DNA of 64,000 nt from contig JBBRPK010000016.1 of the NCBI GenBank assembly GCA_038228235.1, positions 526 to 64,525 on the forward strand, given 5' to 3'. The translations under genes were made by a program, and so were the position numbers. This DNA is from Verrucomicrobiota bacterium. GTDB lineage: Bacteria > Verrucomicrobiota > Verrucomicrobiia > Limisphaerales > JBBRPK01. Under the pieces are notes generated by a model, which made no database searches, was not told the DNA's origin, and worked only from the letters and a program-made list of their open reading frames with translations. This document shows, one piece after another, positions 59,308 to 64,000 of this stretch; the first letter of the stretch is position 1, and every line of letters begins with the position of its first letter.

Positions 59308-61347
59308 ATGAACCCGATTTTAGAAATCGCACCATTCGCCAGGGTCGTTGGGGTCGCTGCCATCTCTCTCCTTTGCGTTTCCAGTCTCTGCGCGCAGGAG
59401 AGCGCAGTGCAACGGCAGGAGATGACGACCAACCACCTAAAGCGCATTGCCGCCGACATGTCTGCGCGCTGTTTGATCGAAATAAGAAGCCTGGATGATT
59501 GGAAGAAACAAAGGACTGAATTGCGCAGGCAACTACTGGAGATGCTTGGATTGGATCCGCTGCCCGCTCGGACGCCCTTGAAGGCGCACATTGCCGGACA
59601 ACTTGATCGCGAGACTTATCGCGTCGAGAAGGTGGTCTTCCAAAGTATGCCGGGCCTCTATGTCACGGGTAATTTTTATGTGCCGAACGATTCCGCCAAG
59701 CAGCTCCCGACGATCCTTTATCTGTGCGGACATTCGCCACACCCATTGGGAGCCAAATTTCAGTATCAGGACCGCGCTATCTGGTTCGCTTCGCATGGGT
59801 TCGCCTGTCTGGTGCTCGACACCCTGGAATTCGCAGAAATTGCCGGGATACATCACGGCACCCATGACTTGAACATGTGGCATTGGCTATCGCTGGGCTA
59901 TACCCCCGCCGGGGTGGAAGTCTGGAACGCGATTCGGGCGCTCGATTATCTTGAAACGCGCCCCGAGGTGGACGCGACGCGCTTTGGACTCACAGGCATC
60001 TCCGGCGGCGGGGCGATGACCTGGTACACGGCGGCGGTCGACGAGCGCATCAAGGTCGCGGCTCCCGTCTGCTCCACGTTCACGTTTGGTTCGCAGGCCG
60101 CGCATTGGGTGGCCCGCGGGCAATGTGACTGCATTTACTTTCATAACACTTACGCTTGGGATTTTCCGATCGTGGCCGCGCTCATTGCGCCGCGCCCGCT
60201 GCTCATGATCAGCGGACAAAAGGACACCATCTTTCCGCCCGACGGTTACCACCAGGTTTTTCAGCGCGCCAGGAAAGTTTATGATCTTTACGCCGGGAAT
60301 GACTCGGAGCGCATTCGTGAACTGGATGATAGCGTGGAGCACAGCGACCCGCCTCTATTTCTCCGCGAAGCCCGGCAATGGATGCAGCGCTGGCTGAAAG
60401 GGGACGCTACGCCGCTGCCGGAAGCAACTAACAGTCCGCCAAAAGAAAGGGCGGAGGATTTGGCCTGTCTGAGCCATGTCCCAGCCGACGCCATTAACTT
60501 CAAGGTCCAGAACCAATTCGTGGCAACCGCGTCGAGAAAGGTGGAGTCACGCGCGGGCTGGCAACAACGCCGTCCCGAGTTAATCGCCCAACTGAAAGAG
60601 AAAGTGTTCCGTTGGTTCCCCACTACACCGATCCCATTTGAGGCGAAGGCCAAGAGCGGCGGAGGCTGGGGGACGCGCGAGGGTTACGCCGCCTACAAGG
60701 AGGTATCCTTCCAAAGTGAGGAAGGGGTGCGGATTCGCGCCCAACTCTTTATGCCAAAAAACGGCCCTAGGCATGCTCCGTTACTGATTTACGTGAAACG
60801 AGCCGCGGATTCCGTTTCTTCGTCGGACATGGACGAATTGCTGCCGCTGTTGGGCCGGTACACGGTAATGATTCTCAAACCCCGCTTTACCGAGCAATTA
60901 ATGGGTCCCGCCGAATATGCGGACATTGAACGCACAGCAGTATGGGTTGGCCGCACCACCGCCGCCATGCAGATCTGGGACATTCTCCGCGGGCTGAACT
61001 GGGCGGTGGAAGAAGAGAAGCTTTCCGCCGCCTCCATTTCAATTTACGGCAAAGGGGAGATGGGAATCCTCGCCATGTATGCGGCGCTGTTCGACGAACG
61101 GGTCAAGCAAGTGATCGTGAACGATCCGCCTGCATCGCACTGGCAAGGCCCGGCGCTGCTCAACGTCCTCCGGGTGACCGATATCCCGGAAGTTGCGGGC
61201 GCGCTTGCGCCCCGGCGGCTAGTCTCCCTGACGAAGCTGCCGGAGAGCTTTGCCTACACCAAAAACGTTTTCCGAGTGCCGCGCGCACCCAAGCAATTCC
61301 TCCAGTACGGCAGTTTGCCGGAAGCTTTGGAAGTGTGGAAATATTGA
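59308..61347 (+). CDS. secreted alpha/beta hydrolase (acetylxylan esterase / dienelactone hydrolase-like)
   Basis: 679 aa. Signal peptide ...LLCVSSLCAQES. Nucleophile elbow GLTGISGGGAMTW (GxSxG). LYLCGHS oxyanion-region-like stretch. Confidence 0.75.
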   Translation: MNPILEIAPFARVVGVAAISLLCVSSLCAQESAVQRQEMTTNHLKRIAADMSARCLIEIRSLDDWKKQRTELRRQLLEMLGLDPLPARTPLKAHIAGQLDRETYRVEKVVFQSMPGLYVTGNFYVPNDSAKQLPTILYLCGHSPHPLGAKFQYQDRAIWFASHGFACLVLDTLEFAEIAGIHHGTHDLNMWHWLSLGYTPAGVEVWNAIRALDYLETRPEVDATRFGLTGISGGGAMTWYTAAVDERIKVAAPVCSTFTFGSQAAHWVARGQCDCIYFHNTYAWDFPIVAALIAPRPLLMISGQKDTIFPPDGYHQVFQRARKVYDLYAGNDSERIRELDDSVEHSDPPLFLREARQWMQRWLKGDATPLPEATNSPPKERAEDLACLSHVPADAINFKVQNQFVATASRKVESRAGWQQRRPELIAQLKEKVFRWFPTTPIPFEAKAKSGGGWGTREGYAAYKEVSFQSEEGVRIRAQLFMPKNGPRHAPLLIYVKRAADSVSSSDMDELLPLLGRYTVMILKPRFTEQLMGPAEYADIERTAVWVGRTTAAMQIWDILRGLNWAVEEEKLSAASISIYGKGEMGILAMYAALFDERVKQVIVNDPPASHWQGPALLNVLRVTDIPEVAGALAPRRLVSLTKLPESFAYTKNVFRVPRAPKQFLQYGSLPEALEVWKY

Positions 61348-61582
61348 GGGAAGCGCAGCTTAGAAGCCGGCAGGTTCGCTGGAAAATTCCCGTCGCCCCT
61401 GCTTGGGCGAAATTGGAATTGGGGTGGCCGTCCGGGGGCTGCGCAAACTCCCCTCCCCCGGCTAAGCTCCTGCATCCCTCCGGGATGGCGCTGTTCACCA
61501 GTTAGGGGCATTTGGGTTTGGAAACCCGCGCCACGTTCATCTTAAGATTGAGCTCCCGAATCGACGCTGGTAAGGTGACCGG

Positions 61583-62458
61583 ATGAATTGTGCCTGGCCT
61601 TTGACTCTCGCTGGTTGGCGGCCGCTCCTTTTGCTTTGCGCGAGCGTGATTGGCGAGGGCCATCTGCTGGCGGATGGGCAGCTTGATCAAATGTTGGACC
61701 AGGCCCAGGCGCTCCATCGCCAAGGCAACCTCGCAGAGGCCTTAATTCTGGCCAGCAAAGCCGTCACCGCCGACCCCAAGAATCCCCAGTGCTATTATGT
61801 CCGAGGACGTCTTTACGCCGAGGATCGCGAGCATGGCAAAGCAGTGGCAGATTTCGATCAGGCCCTCGCAATGGAGCCGCGCGGCATTGAGATTTATCAA
61901 TTGCGAGGCATCGAGCAGTTCAAGCTGGCCCACTTTAAGGAGTCCTGCGCCGATTTCGACAGGTTCGTGGAAAGGAGGCCGCAGAGCGCGGCCCAGCATT
62001 GGCAACGGGGGATTGCTTATTACTATGCCGGGCGCTATGAGGATGGCCGCAAACAATTCGAGCTGCATCAAACTGTTAATCCAAACGATGTTGAAAACGC
62101 CGTCTGGCATTTTCTGTGCGTGGCCCGCCTTTCCGGATTGGCCAAAGCCCGCGGTTCGCTGATCCCGATCAAAGACGACGCGCGCGCACCGATGATGCAG
62201 ATTTATGCCGTGTTCGCCGGCAAAGCAAAACCAGAAGACGTGCTGGCGGCTGCTAAAGGCGGCTACTCCTCCATCGCCCAACTCAACCACCAACTCTTCT
62301 ATGCCCATTTTTACATGGGTTTGTTCTACGAAGCGTCCGGCAATGAAAAGCTCGCCGCCAAACACCTTGCCGAGGCCGCAGGAGCCTATAAGGTGGAAGA
62401 TTACATGGGAGAAGTAGCCCGGGTTCATCTGGAATGGCGCAGGCAACAGGGTAAATAA
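61583..62458 (+). CDS. TPR-repeat protein (NlpI-like architecture)
   Basis: 291 aa. Hydrophobic N-terminus. Repeated 34-residue TPR-like units (ALILASKAVTADPKNPQCYYVRGRLY..., AVADFDQALAMEPRGIEIY...). Confidence 0.7.
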   Translation: MNCAWPLTLAGWRPLLLLCASVIGEGHLLADGQLDQMLDQAQALHRQGNLAEALILASKAVTADPKNPQCYYVRGRLYAEDREHGKAVADFDQALAMEPRGIEIYQLRGIEQFKLAHFKESCADFDRFVERRPQSAAQHWQRGIAYYYAGRYEDGRKQFELHQTVNPNDVENAVWHFLCVARLSGLAKARGSLIPIKDDARAPMMQIYAVFAGKAKPEDVLAAAKGGYSSIAQLNHQLFYAHFYMGLFYEASGNEKLAAKHLAEAAGAYKVEDYMGEVARVHLEWRRQQGK

Positions 62459-62656
62459 TCCCGACGCCAGTCCCTTCGTTGTTCGTGCAGGGTTTCACCC
62501 GCTTGGTGACTCCTGTGGCGATGGTAAGATTCCGCAATGCAAAATAAGCTATTATTTAAAATGATGCGAAACGAAACGGCTGCCGGCTAACAAAGCGGCG
62601 CCTGAGCGCAGACCAAAACGCTCGCCAGAGTTAATATTTTCATAGTCGCTTGGCGG

Positions 62657-62812
62657 ATGAAGAACCAAATTAAAGAGGACAATGTCATTCCCCCGCTTAA
62701 GGAAGGGCAGGTTTGGACTCTTAAAGATAAGTGCGTGGAGATAAAACGGGTGGGAAAGCATCTGGTTGAGTTTTTTATTTCGCACCATCAACGGGGAATG
62801 GCGCTTACATAG
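62657..62812 (+). CDS. small ORF (51 aa), shorter paralog of the 5842..6060 product
   Basis: Hand-translated because it is below the ORF-track length cut-off: MKNQIKEDNVIPPLKEGQVWTLKDKCVEIKRVGKHLVEFFISHHQRGMALT*. It shares 17/27 residues with the other copy. Its 3-prime end overlaps the convergent DUF6788 gene by 8 nt. Confidence 0.4.
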   Translation: MKNQIKEDNVIPPLKEGQVWTLKDKCVEIKRVGKHLVEFFISHHQRGMALT

Positions 62813-63140
62813 TCCCTAAAACCTTCTTACCCAGTCTCTTGCGTCGTGGCGGATGAGGCACGGTTTCAAACAAGACTTGACGGCTGAGGCGTTGCATTTC
62901 CTTTAGTGTCGCTTGCACCTCGCGCCACTGGGCAATAGCTGTTCGCAACCACTCAAACTGCTCTTTGGACAAGGCCACGCTGAGGGTTTTGCCTTTGACC
63001 TTGCGAGTCCACTGGTAGCAGGGGCCGCCCGCCCCGGGCCCGCGGTTCTGCACGTAACCCTCGCTCATCCAACCGACCTTGCCCAAGCGTTTGCGCAAAC
63101 GAACGTACTGGGTCTGCGCCGTCTTTTTTTGAATTTGCAT
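62805..63140 (-). CDS. DUF6788-like small protein (transposase-associated)
   Basis: 111 aa. GPCYQWTRKVKGKTLSVALSKEQFEWL resembles the DUF6788 pattern as I recall it. Divergent from the IS4 transposase gene, 50 bp away. Confidence 0.55.
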   Translation of the reverse strand: MQIQKKTAQTQYVRLRKRLGKVGWMSEGYVQNRGPGAGGPCYQWTRKVKGKTLSVALSKEQFEWLRTAIAQWREVQATLKEMQRLSRQVLFETVPHPPRRKRLGKKVLGTM

Positions 63141-63170
63141 GAATATAAATCTAGCAGACCTGTCAATAGA

Positions 63171-63188
63171 GGCGGTATATATACCGCC
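63171..63188. promoter_or_regulatory. perfect 18-bp palindrome between the divergent DUF6788 and transposase genes
   Basis: ggcggtatatataccgcc equals its own reverse complement. It ends 2 nt before the transposase ATG (63191). Confidence 0.45.
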
Positions 63189-63190
63189 CT

Positions 63191-64000
63191 ATGCGCAATA
63201 CGCCTTTCTTCCCCGCCTGGCTCCCTCGCTTGGCCCCCATGGGTTCCCGCACCGCCCAAGTCCCCTCTCAGGTGCGCGCCTATACTCTCTGCCAACTGGA
63301 AAGTTGCTTCGCCCTCTGGGTGCCCAACCAACTCTTCCCCAAGGCCACAGAGAAACAAAACAGCCGCGACAGCGATTACACCCGCTGGCGCACCTTTTGG
63401 TGCATGCTCTGGCAATCCTTCAATCCTGAGGCTTCCTGCCGAGAGGTCGTCCGCCAGCTCCAGGCCCTCTTCGGCTTGGAAAACGGCCCCAAAATCTCTC
63501 CAGAGGATGGTGCCTATTGCCGCGCCAAAGCGCGCCTGCCCCTCAGTGAATTTCCCAAGGCGCTGGCCGCCACAGCCCAAGCCGCCGACCAGCAGGTCGC
63601 CCCCATGACCCAACTCCAGGGCCGGCCCCTCAAGGCCGTCGATGGTTCTGCCCTCACTTTGTCGGATACCCCCAAGAACCGAAAAGCCTACCCGCCCTTG
63701 CAGTGCCCCAACAAACCCAGCTTTCCGATGATGCGCCTGGTAGTCTTCTTTTCTTTCTTGAGCGGGGCCATCTTCTGCGCGGCCCAAGGCAGTTTGGGAG
63801 TTTCAGAACTCTCCCTCTTGAGTTCGCTGGTGAGCCATTTGGCCGCCAGGGACATTGTTTTAGGCGACCGGGGTTTCGGCAATTACCCGCTCATCGCTTG
63901 GCTGCACTGCACCTTAGGCCTCGATTTTATTGGCCGGACTACCCGCTCAATCGACGGTCGGCGTCGTCTCAAACGGCTGGCCAAAAACGACTGGCTCCTC
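63191..64000 (+). CDS. IS4-family DDE transposase (N-terminal 270 codons; continues past the window end)
   Basis: Open frame with no stop to the window edge, so it is absent from the ORF track; hand-translated. MRNTPFFPAWLP...DSDYTRWRTFWCMLWQSFNPEASCREVVRQL...EDGAYCRAKARLP...LKAVDGSALTLSDTPKN...IVLGDRGFGNYPLIAWL. The DGS and GDRGF stretches are the first two DDE blocks of IS4-type enzymes. Confidence 0.85.
   Translation, partial: MRNTPFFPAWLPRLAPMGSRTAQVPSQVRAYTLCQLESCFALWVPNQLFPKATEKQNSRDSDYTRWRTFWCMLWQSFNPEASCREVVRQLQALFGLENGPKISPEDGAYCRAKARLPLSEFPKALAATAQAADQQVAPMTQLQGRPLKAVDGSALTLSDTPKNRKAYPPLQCPNKPSFPMMRLVVFFSFLSGAIFCAAQGSLGVSELSLLSSLVSHLAARDIVLGDRGFGNYPLIAWLHCTLGLDFIGRTTRSIDGRRRLKRLAKNDWLL

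Larger units (their letters stand above)
63141..64000 (+). mobile_element. IS4-family insertion sequence, left part (boundaries not determinable in this window)
   Basis: Contains the transposase ORF. The right end lies outside the window, so inverted repeats and target duplication cannot be checked. The DUF6788 gene at 62805-63140 may or may not belong to the element. Confidence 0.5.

Noticed and set aside
61348-61582. Possible RNA gene or tRNA in intergenic regions (61348-61582, 48381-48652, 46613-46913, 62459-62656)
   Set aside because: I found no cloverleaf-compatible arms, no T-loop GTTCGAATC-like box and no extended conserved-looking helices by eye. Only short hairpins are present, such as catccc-tcc-gggatg at about 61473. 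A covariance-model scan would be needed to be sure.

Overview
Dense chromosomal window of about 40 genes. By eye it is about 55-58% GC. The gene families point to a PVC-superphylum, Verrucomicrobiota-like genome: a PVC-type heme-binding dehydrogenase, DUF1080, giant LTD/CotH proteins and several palindromic intergenic repeat types. This taxonomic call is an inference. Gene order, left to right: (1) sugar catabolism and housekeeping: deoC, TIM-barrel isomerase, Gfo/Idh/MocA, RNB ribonuclease, DUF1080, gltX, M23 peptidase. (2) A frame-shifted orphan ABC substrate-binding gene. (3) A plus-strand run of SDR, PVC heme-binding dehydrogenase, Gfo/Idh/MocA and two tandem MFS paralogs. (4) A genome-maintenance neighbourhood: cinA-mutS lies divergent from lexA, and lexA is followed by one 1,463-codon ORF that fuses a complete Y-family polymerase with intact catalytic motifs to a DnaE2-type polymerase, with no imuA. 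(5) A 612-bp repeat-rich gap, then an ArsR/SRPBCC pair. (6) A minus-strand glycan-tailoring operon: GT, methyltransferase, AsnB, PHP, adenylating ligase, PLP enzyme, bi-domain oxidoreductase. (7) Divergent from that operon, a surface module: a 2,273-aa LTD/CotH/Ig protein, a porin-like barrel and a 1,122-aa ConA-like/cohesin-like protein. (8) clpB, recN, an MBL hydrolase, a TIGR03790-like protein, an alpha/beta hydrolase and a TPR protein. (9) At the right edge, a DUF6788 gene plus an IS4-family transposase that runs off the window; the transposase is absent from the ORF track and I translated it by hand. I saw no rRNA, tRNA or CRISPR array. The most unusual items are the LexA-linked DinB-DnaE2 fusion with a candidate SOS operator, the glycan operon paired with the CotH surface module, and a two-copy small-ORF family. 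All functional calls rest on motif recognition by eye; no searches were run.
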